From Eledone cirrhosa (lineage: Eukaryota), in contig OZ024741.1 of NCBI GenBank assembly GCA_964016885.1, positions 94,798,001-94,862,000 on the forward strand: a stretch of 64,000 bases of DNA, given 5' to 3'. Below are positions 23,571 through 36,893 of this stretch, one piece after another (positions within the stretch are counted from its first letter, which is position 1; each line of letters begins with the position of its first letter). A model generated the notes under the pieces. It was not told the DNA's origin, did no database searches, and saw only the letters and a list, made by a program, of their open reading frames with translations. Position numbers and translations under genes: made by a program.

Positions 23571-26425
23571 CTACAATAATTTATTTTCACTACCACCACT
23601 GCCACCCCGACCCCACCATCATCATCACAATCATCAACTTCAGAATTTTCCAATAAAAAAATAAACTCAAAGAACATTTGTTGTTATTCTTTAGTCTAAG
23701 GTCAGCTCTGAGATCATACTTATGAATATAACATGAAGTTAAAGTCTTCAGTGATGTATCAGCCTAGTGGACCCTATGAGAGTCTTTGTACTCAGCATGG
23801 GATCCTTTATGAGGCAATGTTTTACAGCTAGATGCCCTTTCTGTAATGCTAACACTTTTAGTTATCTCTTATGACAATCAGGGATATGGTGAACCTATAC
23901 ACACTTCATCAATACTCATTTGTAATACTGTTCTGCTTGTCACAATTTGCAATCAAGAGTTATGTTTTTAATAAACTTTAATGTGAAACAACATTGAAGA
24001 AATAATCAAAAGTTTAATATAATGAAACAAGATTGAATGCGACACTTTAAACAATGGTAATTATGGAATAAAATCAAAGATATAGCCAAAATCTTTAATA
24101 TAATGAAGTTTGAGTATTATGCTTTCAACTATCTCAATTATGAAACAAATTGAATATATAACCATGATAAAACAGTGTTATGAAGATCTATAAATTTATG
24201 CATTAAAATAGAAATAAGAACACTTATCTTCACAGCATATTCCTTTCAAAGCATAGCTTTTCTCATAGCAACATGATACCATTTTCCTGCTGCTATTTGA
24301 ATGTGTAGATGATAGAGTAAGTATGGTAAGTTGCTATTATTTTACAGGCTTGTAAAATGTGGTCTCAGAATGCAAAAAGCCAGAAGATACTGCAAGGCAT
24401 CTCGTCCATTATTCTAACAATCTGCTAATCCACTGCTCCTGGACTGATACTTTATTTATCACTCCCCAAAAATGATGAAAAGCTAAGTTGACCCCAGCAG
24501 AATTCAAACTCAGAAATCTAGAAAGTAATTAATCTGATGATCTAACAACTCTGCTAATTTGCCACCTAAGAACAAATTATGGATTCCACTAGTTACAGAT
24601 AAATTGGTAAAGCCAATATGCCACCCTAGACATTTCTCTTCTCTTCTCACTCCTATCCAGTCTTACTTTCCTGATCCTGAGTTAATCACAATTTTTATTC
24701 AATCCTTTTTCCTCAAACCTGAAACTCTTGGTAACTCCCTCCCCATGTTTCTCCAACAAATATTCGCAAAATATTTCTATCTAAGAAGTTAGTTTATTAC
24801 AGATTTTGTCCATGGAAAGAATTGATCTCAGCACTGTACTGCTAACCTACAATTTTACAGTTCAGTTGTCACCTGCAATGTTTAATTATACTCCCAGCAT
24901 TATCTACTTAGAAATGGTTAATAAAACTTAAGTGTCATGGCTCTATATAAAATTCAGTGTCTCAATGATAGGATATGAACCAACTTCTTGGCATAGTGTC
25001 CATTACCTTCTTCACTATTCTATGTTGACTATTTACTAAATCTTAGAACGTTTTATATTTTTAGTTAGACTAAAGAAGAGACTCTGTGGCTGTATTTTTT
25101 CCAGACCTAGATTTCAATATAGATATATCTAGGTGAGGTTAGTACTGTTAATGTTCAGACTTAACTGTTGTGGCTCAATGGCTGCAGGGGAAATATGAAC
25201 AGGAAAAAGCTCTTAGATAGAAATAGTTTAGCAGGAAGTGTTGTTGTGGAACCTCCATTGTTTCTGATGATGAATGTTCCAATTGTTCAAACAACAGAAT
25301 GGCCTGCTCATGAAATTAACATGCAAGTAGCTGAGTATTTCACAGACACACACATTTAGGATACATATGTCTGTAAGATTCAGAGAGATTTAGCATGACA
25401 TTGTGTGATATGGCTGGCCCTTTGAATTACAGCTGCAACTCATTTTTCCAGTTGAGTGAACTGGAGTAACCTTTTATTATCATGGCCTATTTTGGAAAAT
25501 CAATAACACTGACTGACACACATTTTGCTATGTAACACATAGATCTATTTTGGGGTATATATATATGGGGCACTGATTCCAAATATAACATCAATCCTGT
25601 CCCACCAGCTCTAGTTTTAGAGATATTGCATACTCCTTTATATGCTGATGAATCCATTTATATATTGAAATTAGGGATTTCAATAGAATGTTACATTTTA
25701 GACCTATGTTAGGGTATATTTGAATCACTGGTTCCAAAAGCTGCATCAGATACTCTAATTGATTAATGGTATACTAAATATCTTGATATAAAAATAATAA
25801 CAATATCAATACCGTTATTATATTACAAGGTGGATTTTTATATGAGGGTGGTGGATTGGCAGTATCGGTAGAGTCAGACGCCATGCTTTGACGTATAGCG
25901 TTACAGCCCTTGCCATTCTGAATTCAAATCCCGCCAAGGTTAACTTTGCCTTTTTCATCCTTACGGGGTCGATAAAATAAAGTACCAGTAATGCACTGGA
26001 TAATTGCTGGCCTTGTGCCATAAGTAGAAACAGTTATTATATTACAAGCTATGAAAACAATCACAATTTATTCCAACACTAAGGCCTTGATCAAAGATAA
26101 TGTGTTTTGGCTACTTAAGCAGTAAATTTCTTGAATTGAGTACAGAAAAACTTAAAGCTAAGATTTTTTATAGTCTCAATATAAGAGAGTTAATGGATAA
26201 CACTAAGTGCTATATAGGGTCTTCATTTTTTTTCTAGTTGTTGAAAACTTTCCTGGCAACCATAAGACAGACAACTTCACTTAATTAGTAGAGGACATGC
26301 TCTCAAATTCAACTATTTTGTCTTTGCAACCCTTACAGAATTTATAAAAGTTATACACATATGCAAAGAAATTTTAACACAACTTTTCAACTGCATCTAT
26401 CCTAACCTTAACCTTTGCTCTAAAC

Positions 26426-26571
26426 CAGGCATTGGCAACCTTTTATGGGCAGTGACTCGCATGAGATATGATTCATCATAAAGAGGGCTGCATTTCTAAG
26501 AACATTAAAAATAATTTTAAATTCAGCATGCCGTTCAGAAAGCCAAATGGTCCGCAAGTTTGACTTGACTG
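26426..26571. mobile_element. Degenerate hAT-like MITE
   Basis: CAGG...CTG termini with near-duplicate 8-mers CTCTAAAC / TTCTAAAC. Confidence 0.5.
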
Positions 26572-29500
26572 TTCTAAACTCTATATCCCAACTGAATCCT
26601 TAATCAATAATTGTTTATACTTTTGGCACAAGGCCAGCAATTACCCAGTACATTACTGGTACTTTATTTTATCGAGCTCTGTATGGATGAAAGGCAAAGT
26701 TAACCTCGGCGGTATTTGAACTCAGATCGTAAAGGGACGTAACTATGCTGGAAAGCATATCCGACCCTCTACCGATACTGCCAATTCACCGCCCTTAATC
26801 AATAATGTTGTCATAAATTGTATAAAATTACATTGACTATTACTACATGTGCTTTAGTGCATGCACAAAAACCAAAATCAATTGGGCATTCTGTTTCATA
26901 CCATGGTCTGGGTTTCCCAAGGAGAGCCGTATGAAACAAGGATGAAATTGTTATAAAATCATAACAAAGTTTTGTCTGTTTGCTCCTTACTAGACCCTCT
27001 TTGGAATCTCAAGATACGCAACTTTTGTGCATCCATCCCATGCCTCCCAGGACAGCTTGCAGGCCCATTGGCAGTTTTTATGGTGTTAGATGGAGACTGC
27101 AATATATCTTTTGAACTGGCCCTTCTGCCTCAGGTCAGAATACCTCCATTGTTCTTTGTTCTCCACACAAAGGATGATGTAGTATTATTGGCAGTATCGG
27201 TAGAGCATCAGACACCTTGCTTTGCAACAGAGTTATAGCCCTTTACGTTCTGAGTTCAAATCCCGCCAAGATTAACTTTGCCTTTCATCCTTACGGAATC
27301 AATAAAATAAAGCACCAGTAATGCACTGGGGTAATTGCTGGCTTTGTGCAAAAAGTAGAAACAATTATTGAATCAAACCGTATCGTAGTCTTTTGTTAGT
27401 CTTATTTGTGCCAATCACCAATTTGGTTATTTTCGTAGACGTGCAAAGACAAAGCCTTTACTTACCTCGCCATAACTATATTGCAGGGTTGCAAGTTTTC
27501 ATGTGAGCGAACAGTGTCACCCGTTGTACCATCTCCGCTAGTAGTTTACCACTGTTTGGTCCAGGGTTGCTTATTCATTCATCAGAAACCCACTTATATC
27601 TGGTGGCTCTATCTCTATCCACCACCTGTGACCTGTTCTTTAGCAGAACAGCTCTGCCAAGTTGGGGATCCAGCTGAATCAATGGGAGACTGTTGTTTCC
27701 AATGGGATTCTTTGGAAGGTGTGTCTGAGGATTCTAACCACAATGATGACAAAGAAGAAGAAACAAGAAAGAAGAAGAAAGTAAGCTCATCCATTCCATC
27801 AAATTATTACACCCGTGGTAGGGTTCGCCTGTACATTCTTTTTTGTTGGTGTTATTGGAATATATATGTAGCTGTATGGATATTTATCAAATTTTAAATG
27901 TGTTTGCAGACTGGATATGAGTATATATGCACATTTGTGATATTTTATTTATTTATTTCCTTTGTGAATGAATGTGTCTTTTTGTGACTGTGAAAGTGTC
28001 CGTTTATGTGTAGCTCTTTCTTTCTCTTTCTGAAAGTGTAAAGACTGAGATAAAAATAAATAGAATGACGAGGGAAAAAGATTTGAAGAGGAGACGATGA
28101 GATACAAAAAAGAGGACGGACAGAGCAACAAAGAGAAACAAAAATTAGGGAAGTTGGAAAAAGAAATAAAGAAAGACATCAGAATATGATGCTTAATCAA
28201 CCCTCACAGAGGAATGAGAACTAAATATTTTCCGTATAGTCGGATGATGACTGGTACACAAAATTAAAGAGAGTAGAGACAAATACTAAAAATAGTAATA
28301 ATAATAAATAAATAAATAACTTAATCCAGTGCCTTGCAGATTTTGCTATCCCGTTTCCTTAATTTGGCTACATAATATTGGACATTTGTTTTTACGCTAC
28401 ATTAAAAAACAATAAAATAGTAGAGATCGTTGTGGTTGGATAACCAATGTTTGTTTCATGACAGGTCATGTTGTTTATTGATTGTCTTTGCAGTTTTCTT
28501 TCCCTTTCCAATAATGGGAACTAATAACGTCTAATATTGATCGAAGACAGAAACTTATTTGTGTGATATATTTCAGGTTAGCACCTTCTTCTAAAAACAA
28601 ATTATATGTTCTAAACACGAATCTTCAATCTGGAATTCAGGGAACTTCTAACTATAACAACACCTCCAACCCTAATAAAAGGGAAAAGGAGAAAAGACAA
28701 TTTTGTAATAGCAATTTTTTTGAAAACGTTTAAAATTAATATTTTAATTATGAAATTTGTATTCTGTTATATAAAAGAAAAAGAAGTGACTAAAAGAGAA
28801 AAAATAAAGAAGCAGATAAAAGCGGGACGAAAAAAAAAATGAGAGAATAGCAGGCGAAAAGGAAAAAAGATGAAAAATCAGAAAAGTTAAAATTATAACT
28901 TCGGTAGCACGAATATATACATTAGCGTCGGACAATGCTTTGAGGCATTTCGAGTTCAAATCCCGCCGTGGTCAACTTTGCCTTTCATTCTTCTGGTGTT
29001 GATTAAGTAAAGTACCAGTCAAATTGCTAGCCTTGTGACAATGTTAAAAATATATATATTATTAACTTAAGATAGTTCGAATAAAAATTTCTTAGTTGTA
29101 CTTGATCTGGCACTGTGTTGAAACTAAAATAGTTACTGCCTGTGAAGTCATTTTTAGTCCTTTAGACACACAAACTTAACTTGCTTTATATATATATATA
29201 TCATTCATTTCTTAGTGCAGTGAGCAGTTTGACACTAAAAAATAAATGATATATATAAAGTTAACAGATTTTGTGTTTTTAAATGACTAAAACGACCTCT
29301 TCCACGTAGTATTTCTTTTCTTTTACTCTTTTACGTGTTCCAGTCGACAGGCTGAGGCCAAAATATCGCATTTCTATTATAAACTGTGTTGAAATGGGCA
29401 ATATATATGGATACGGTTTATATGCATTTAAAAGATTTTTTTTTTAAATAGCGAGCGCCAGATAAGTGTGAAACTTAAAGCAGAGTTTTAATTTTAATCT

Positions 29501-32292
29501 TAAAGATTTAGTGTCCATAAAAATATTCCTTAAATATAATTTTCGTAAGAGAAATATTTTTCGAAACTACATTAGTAACTGTTAAACAAATAATTTATCG
29601 ATATTGATATTTGTAGCCAAATGATATCCATAATCAAAAAAATTTCATCATTAATGATATTGCTAAACGGCAAAATGTGAGAGGAAAAAAAGAGAGAATG
29701 TCCATACATTGGTAATGCCACAGTGTGTCGTGGTATTCTTTGGTTTCGATTTTTGCCAAGTTTAAGTTATAAGAATTTAATTGAACTTACAGGGGGGGGG
29801 GGGGGGAGAAAATGCGAGGGAGAGAAAGAGATATAGACAGAGGGAAAAAAGGAAAGAAGTGAGAGGGTGGGAGAGACAAACGATAGATTAAAGTGTGTGG
29901 GAGAGTACGCGTTGCTGAGAACACAACGATACAAAAGACGAAAGCGATAAGAAAAATAGACAATCAGGCAGTGAGAGCTAGAGAGGGGAAAGCAGCAAAT
30001 TTCGACTGAGGTTGTGATATAAGACAGGCAGGTAACGGAGAAAGATATATAGTAACAAGGAATCAGAATAAAAGAGGGTGAGAGAAATATAGACGGATAA
30101 GCAGGGAATGAGATAGACATATAGATGGGTGAAGGAGTAAATAGAAAGTGATATGAGAGAGGAGGTCGATTTAAAAAAAAAAAAGGTTAGGTGATGAATG
30201 AAAGACAAAGGGAGAAATGTGTGAATTAGCAACGAAAAAGTTCAGATTTGAAAGAACAGGAAAGTAAGAATGGTAGAGATAGTGAAACTGTCCTTTTGTA
30301 ACGGGAATTATAAGTGAATAGGTCTTTTGTTGGGAGATGGGAGAGCCATAGAAAGAGAGAGCGCGAGAAAAAACAGTTGATAAAAGTGAGGAGGATAGGC
30401 AAGAGAGGGTGAAGGCGAGTTAGAAGAAAAAAAATTTAAAATAGAGACAGATTATGAAGGCACGACCTGGTGTGGATTATAAATAAGAAAAGGCAATAAA
30501 AAAAAAAAGGAGCAGAAACTCAACAGCAAGAGAGAAGTAAAAGGGGATTAGAGGTAGACGGTATATGGTTATGGGAAATTACGAAACGTTAGAGAAAGAA
30601 GTAAATAAGAGAAGGCAGATATAAAAAGAAGAGTATGAAACAAAATTAACGAAAATATAAGAAAAACAATGTAAGAGTGGTACTGATAAGAATGGATAAT
30701 CCTGAGACGTAAGAAGAAAAAAAACTGACATACATATACTTAGAAAGTGGTTTGCAATGGGGCAATTAATTTGGGAACAATAAAGGTAAAATCGGGACTG
30801 AGTAGACGAGAGGTGGTTAAAAGAAACATAATGATAATGAAATTATTGTGTACAGTGCTCAGGTGCACTACAACTCATCAAAGGTGCATGTATAGTACAT
30901 AGAATAATTGTTTCTACTTTTGGCACAAGGCCAGCAATTATCCAATGTGTTACTGGTACTTTATTTTATCGACCCCCGTAAGGATGAAAGGCAAAGTTAA
31001 CTCGGCGAGATTTGAACTCAGAATGGCAAGGCCGTAACTCTATGCGTCAAAGCATGGCGTCCGACCCTCTACCGATACAGCCAATAATATATAAATGTCA
31101 GGGAAGTGAATAGTGTATGAGTCATGATATACATGATATACATGTGTGCGTGTGTATGGAGGGGGAATATTAGGTGTAGTGTTGGCGAATCTCAGGAAGC
31201 ATGGTGGTTTTCGAAGAAATAGAGAAAAATAGTAGGAAGAGAAAATGAGAAATAAATAAATAATATACTGAAGCAATTTGGGAGCGAACTAAAGGAAGTT
31301 TAAATCTTTACGATGTTACCGTAAAAAATATTTCGACTAATGTAATCTTAAACACAAACTTCTTTGGATTAGAACCTACAAAACCAAATAAATATTTTTT
31401 CGTATATAAATAGTTATTTTTGTTTTGTCAATTTTATCAATTTTCTTTGGCACGTACTGTATGGAAATATGTTACGGATGGCTCCTTGTTGTAAGTGCAT
31501 TGTTAAACAACAGGAAAGTGTAGTGCTTGTGTGACCGATGAAGTAGTTATGGTCGTAAAGTTCTAACTTTCATGTTTGCATTAAAATTCATATATCACAT
31601 TGTAATCTGCAGTATATCAGACTACGGTTGCATGTTAATGAGGATTTTTTATTTCGGTATTTTTGTGGTTTGGATCGAGGCATGTGTTTTGTTTCATGAG
31701 TTTTTTTTAATGACGTGTTCATACATTCTATGTATGTAAAAGCTTTCTGGTCACGCATAAATGCTTTGGATCAAGTATAAATCAAGATCAACCGACGACT
31801 GAAGTGATCAGATGAACTGTACATTTTAAAGAAAACCTTATGATATGACATAACACCAGGCTTTCGTTATTTCTACTGATAAACCTTTCAAACAAAATGC
31901 TTCTGACTAATGTTCCCGATAAGTTGGGTCAAAAATATTGAAATAAAATCCATAGTTTAGAAGACTCAACAATTTCTTTTTTTTTTTTCAATAATAATAA
32001 TACATTTTCAACAATATTGTTGATTTCTTTCCTCAATAATTTTTTCATATTCCATTTCGTTCTCGATTATAAAAGCATTTTTTCTCTTCTAGTTTATTAT
32101 TCTAATCCATTTTTAAAAAATGCTTCCATCATATATACTGCCTTATGGGTTCCAAGCGGTGTAAATATTAATATATGAACATATATTTGGTGTTGGTGCA
32201 TTAAAATATATGTGGGTGAGACCTCATTACTTTTTCAAGGGCGGTGCCCCAGCATGGCTTCAGCCGGATGGCTGGAACAGGTAAAAGAGTAA

Positions 32293-32336
<44 letters not shown>

Positions 32337-32425
32337 TTCAGTAGAAATTGTTTTGGTAAATACAGGAGCAAGCAGGAGAAAGCTCTCTACACTCGTAGTT
32401 TGTAGTTACGATGGAGATTCAGTAT

Positions 32426-32673
32426 AAGAATAACATTAAGAAAGATGCTGATGTCACATAAATCGTTTATTCATAATCATTTCCACGGTTCTCTTATGTC
32501 AACCAGACGTGTTTTTTGCCAACGGCATATCACAAAATCGGATTTTCTCCTGAAGATACCGTTCTCATAACAACAAATGCATAAATTACGTCTTGGATTG
32601 CATGAAAGAACCGTTTAAATAATTATTATGAATAAACGATTTATGTAACATCAGCATGTTTCTTAATGTTGTT

Positions 32674-32677
<4 letters not shown>
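32426..32677. repeat. Diverged inverted repeat in a TA-flanked island
   Basis: AAGAATAACATTAAGAAAGATGCTGATGTCACATAAATCGTTTATTCATAAT and its imperfect reverse complement at 32625-32677. Confidence 0.75.
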
Positions 32678-32707
<30 letters not shown>

Positions 32708-32715
<8 letters not shown>

Positions 32716-32817
32716 TAAAATAACAGATTAAAGTTTAAGCAAAGAATCGCTACTTTCACCCAACGTGAAAGCAGCGATTCTTTGCTTAAACTTTAATCTG
32801 TTATTTTAATAAATATT
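32708..32817. repeat. Fold-back palindrome (about 52-bp arms) starting at a TA tract
   Basis: ATTAAAATAACAGATTAAAGTTTAAGCAAAGAATCGCT..TTTCAC / reverse complement; the same arm occurs singly at 56182-56229. Confidence 0.85.
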
Positions 32818-32922
32818 TGCTCTACGGTTCTTATATATTTGATATATATTTATCCTTATCGAGCCCTCTTTGGATTTTAGTCTTCAAATTTATTATTATT
32901 ACTATATATATATATATGTATG

Positions 32923-32953
<31 letters not shown>

Positions 32954-33277
32954 ATGTGTGTGTGAGAATACATCAGTGTATAGCCAAGACAATTTAAGGC
33001 ACAATATGATTTTATACTCCACTGGCTAAATTCCATCACAGTAGTATTATAAGTTCACAGATCATATAAATATATATATGTATAACAAGGATTATTAATG
33101 ATCTGAGTTCAAATACCGCCGAGGTTGACTTTGCCTTTCATCCTTACGGGGTCGATAAAATAAAGTACCAGTAATGCACTGGGTATTTTCTGGCCTTGTG
33201 CCTAAAGTAGAAACAATTATTATTAGAACACTTAATAGACTAAATGTCCTTGTTTTAATATTTGTTTTGATTATATG

Positions 33278-33402
<125 letters not shown>

Positions 33403-33857
33403 TACATATATATTTGTTTATCTTTCAATCAATTTTAAAAAAATCTTACTGAATTCTTTTTAATTTAACTTTTTTTTTAAAGCTTGTTTGAATATTTGTA
33501 ACCGGCATGCCGGAAAACAAATGTTCAGGATTTTAATATAAAAATTAAAATATAAATCATGAAAGAGATGGGATTTTGATCCGAAACATCGACATTTTCC
33601 CCCTTCTTCGTATATAGAATACAAGGTGTCCCCCCCCCCCCAAAAAAAATGTATACACACTTCAACAGCATTCTAATCAAAGTGTGTATACATTGTTTTA
33701 GGATACCCTGTATATATACAGGAAAAAGTAAGACCCCGACGGCAGAGCTCGTCATACTTTTTCCTATTACCCACTCTACTACCCTAAGTATTGAGTACTC
33801 TGGTGCGTTATGGTCCATCTGGTTCCTTACCACAACTCCTTCGTTATATATATATAC

Positions 33858-33913
<56 letters not shown>

Positions 33914-33914
33914 A

Positions 33915-34085
<171 letters not shown>

Positions 34086-34231
34086 ATACTTTGGGAAGGT
34101 CATGTTGCCAATAAGAAACACACGCACCAGTTGTTTTCACTTCAATTTATTATAATAAATTTATAAATTTAGGAATTTATAAATTTCTGGTTGGTTGGTT
34201 GGTTCCACAACCAGATGGTTGTTTATATATT

Positions 34232-34274
34232 GTCAAAGTTCTTTCGTCTCACATTCTGTGACCTCTTCAGTGAC
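34232..34274 (-). ncRNA. Minimal type I hammerhead ribozyme in a PLE pLTR-like island (starting 34081)
   Basis: GTCA-CTGAAGA-GGTCACA GAA TGTGAGAC-GAAA-G AA C-TT-TGAC; island terminus TTGGGAAGGTCATGTTGCCAATAAGAAACACAC recurs inverted at 42390-42452 and resembles the PLE end at 36890. Confidence 0.65.
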
Positions 34275-34894
34275 TGGGATAAAAAATTACTAAATAATAC
34301 GTTGACCAACTTGTGTTGTACACATACAATACAAGTAAAAAAATGTACGTCGTACTAATGTTTTCCTTTTTTAAACAAAAGATTCTAAAAAATTACTTAA
34401 TTTATAATACAGTCTTTTGCACAGGAAGTGAGTAACTTTTCGGGTGTTTAAACGTAAGTTCACCAGGGTTTGTGTCTTCATTATTAGCCCACATCTAATG
34501 GCATTTTTTGTTCTGCTTACGACTAAATGTTATGAGCGTATTTGCAATTAATTGCGCACACGTGCACACCTGCATGCAGATAGACACTGACAGCCAATAA
34601 AAAATCGATAACTTGCTTATTAAGATATCGGTCAAAAAGCTCTCTTTTTGACCGATATCTATTTTGAATGTACTTTAGAACATTTTTTGAATATATTGTT
34701 CTTTTTGGCATGATATGTCAGAAATATAGCTACTATACACTTTGGTTATTTTTTGTAACTAAAAAACGGTTCCTTTTGGGTGGATACTTAACGAGAAAAA
34801 TCCTAGGGTTTTGGACAAGTTTGTTTCAGGCGCTGTATAGACGCCTATTTTGTCACACCTTGGTCATGAATTTGTATTCTTTTCCAATAGATAT

Positions 34895-35145
34895 TTTCCG
34901 CCCTATAAGGCTCACCAGGATATAAGGCGTATCATTTAAAATCAGGTCCGCGCAACGGCGTGTAAGGCCAACCAGAAAATGCTATCTTCTTTACTTTTAG
35001 TCTAGATCTATTACTTCTGTTAGAGCCGTGATTGATTACCATTGTATTATTTATACATAAGGCTCACCGGAGTATAAAGCGCAGAGCTGTTTATTGATTA
35101 AATTTAATTATTTTAAGTGCAATTTATAGACCGGAAAATTCGGTA
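34895..35145. mobile_element. Tc1/mariner-pogo-type MITE end
   Basis: Repeated TAAGGCTCACC.G..TATAA.GCG subterminal motifs, terminus TTATAGACCGGAAAATTCGGTA. Confidence 0.4.
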
Positions 35146-35149
35146 AGTT

Positions 35150-36330
35150 ATTGTAATCATATTTCCAAACCTTCCCATTCACCAGTAACCATGCTAACGA
35201 ATCTGGTGTCATCTCTCTCTGTATTTAATCACCTCTCTCTAACCTAACAGCTTCGTTACACGTCGTTATGCCCACATGGAAACGTTCAAGACTTACCTCC
35301 AAAAAAGGTACAGCTATTGCTTTGAGACAACGAATTAGGCGTTCTCAGGTATGAGTTCATTCACAATTGATTAATCCTTTATGCAATATTCTCCCTTAAT
35401 GTTAGCAAGTACTGCGTTTATCCTAACTGTCACCACTTTTAAGCAACTACAACATTCTAATCGTAGTTATATTAAATTTATTGTCTTACCTTGATTCCCT
35501 TTTGTTCATGTTAGACTTTTCTCATTTACTATTGACACTGCCATTGGCTTAGCTAACCAGTAGAATTAATTAATTTTCTCTAGGAAACACCTGCTGAGCG
35601 CGAATCTCGACTCGCTGATAGACGTCTTTCCCGGCTGGTTGCGTCACCAACATCACGTACGACAAGGCTTGCTGATGTTCGCCTTCGTCGCCAACAAGCG
35701 CTGACGGAGGAATCACCAACATCCCGTCAGGCGAGGCTTGAGGCTGTGGCAAAGAGCAATAACCCTAGATACAATTTTGATCAACTTTTTTTCACCTATA
35801 GCAAATTTACCGGGACAGGTCTTTAGCTACTCAAATCTACTTCAGAGATCACGCATTGATGTAAAAAATCAATAAAACTGAAGCGGGATTCGACTTTGCG
35901 CAAAAAAACAAGGCAAAGTTACACATGGGAAAACTTTTTACAGGAACGTCCTATATTCTTGAAAACTGTCACAAAAGACTCGCCATTATGCCGCGGTTAA
36001 GATAAAGGCCCTTTTAATTCTTCTTCTGCACATGTGAGCGCAAAAAATTGTAAAAAAAAAAAAACCCCTGAAAGTAATCGACATTTTCACCCTGCTTTAA
36101 ATTAACTGAACATTCAATATCAAGCAATTTTGACTTCCGTCAGTCGTGCAGAGAACAATTTCAACGATATACTGTGTAACTACAATTAATAAATTACACA
36201 CCTGTGTCTACTAACCTATTTTTTTCTATTGAAGTTCGAAGTTTTGAACCTGTGATGCGCGGGAAGTAACTTTCACACATTCTAACAGACCAAAGGTCGA
36301 CACCCGGGCAACGCCGGGTACTTCTGCTAG
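35150..36330 (+). mobile_element. Non-autonomous Helitron (5' boundary uncertain)
   Basis: 3' hairpin CCCGGGCAACGCCGGG followed by CTAG|T at 36327-36331; internal STPR-like repeat coding exons. Confidence 0.7.
35268..35826 (+). CDS. Putative two-exon 107-aa ORF (35268-35348 + 35584-35826), Helitron RepHel N-terminal STPR-like repeats
   Basis: MPTWKRSRLTSKK...RIRRSQ | phase-0 GT..AG intron | ETPAERESRL...SPTSRTTRL...EESPTSRQARL. Confidence 0.5.
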
Positions 36331-36429
<99 letters not shown>

Positions 36430-36505
36430 TCATATATATATATCATCATCATCATCCTCATCGTTTAACGTCCATTTTCCATGCTAGCATAGGTCTGGAA
36501 GATAG

Positions 36506-36565
<60 letters not shown>

Positions 36566-36573
<8 letters not shown>

Positions 36574-36836
36574 TTATAAGCTTTCACCGTATTTTAGACT
36601 AAAGAAATTTCTAGCCTGATAGTGGGGTTTATAACCCTCGGAGAAATGGAAAGAGATGAGTGTTGCCGTACATGTACGGCAACACTCATCATTTTCCATT
36701 TCTCCCAGGGTTATAAACCCCACTATCAGGCTAGAAATTTCTTTAGTCTAAAATACGGTGAAAGCTTATAATTTCTAATTTCAAACTCGCGCACCGTTTC
36801 AAAACCATACTTACATGTTTACGTTTATAATTTGCT

Positions 36837-36840
<4 letters not shown>
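36566..36840. mobile_element. Fold-back mini-insertion: about 107-bp arms (36566-36779), no spacer, plus unique tail
   Basis: Palindrome centred on GCCGTACATGTACGGC, few mismatches; (TA)n on both sides. Confidence 0.8.

Positions 36841-36887
<47 letters not shown>

Positions 36888-36893
<6 letters not shown>

Noticed and set aside
32545-32620. CTGAAGA...GAAA inside the diverged inverted repeat
   Set aside because: Could not build consistent stems II, III and I.
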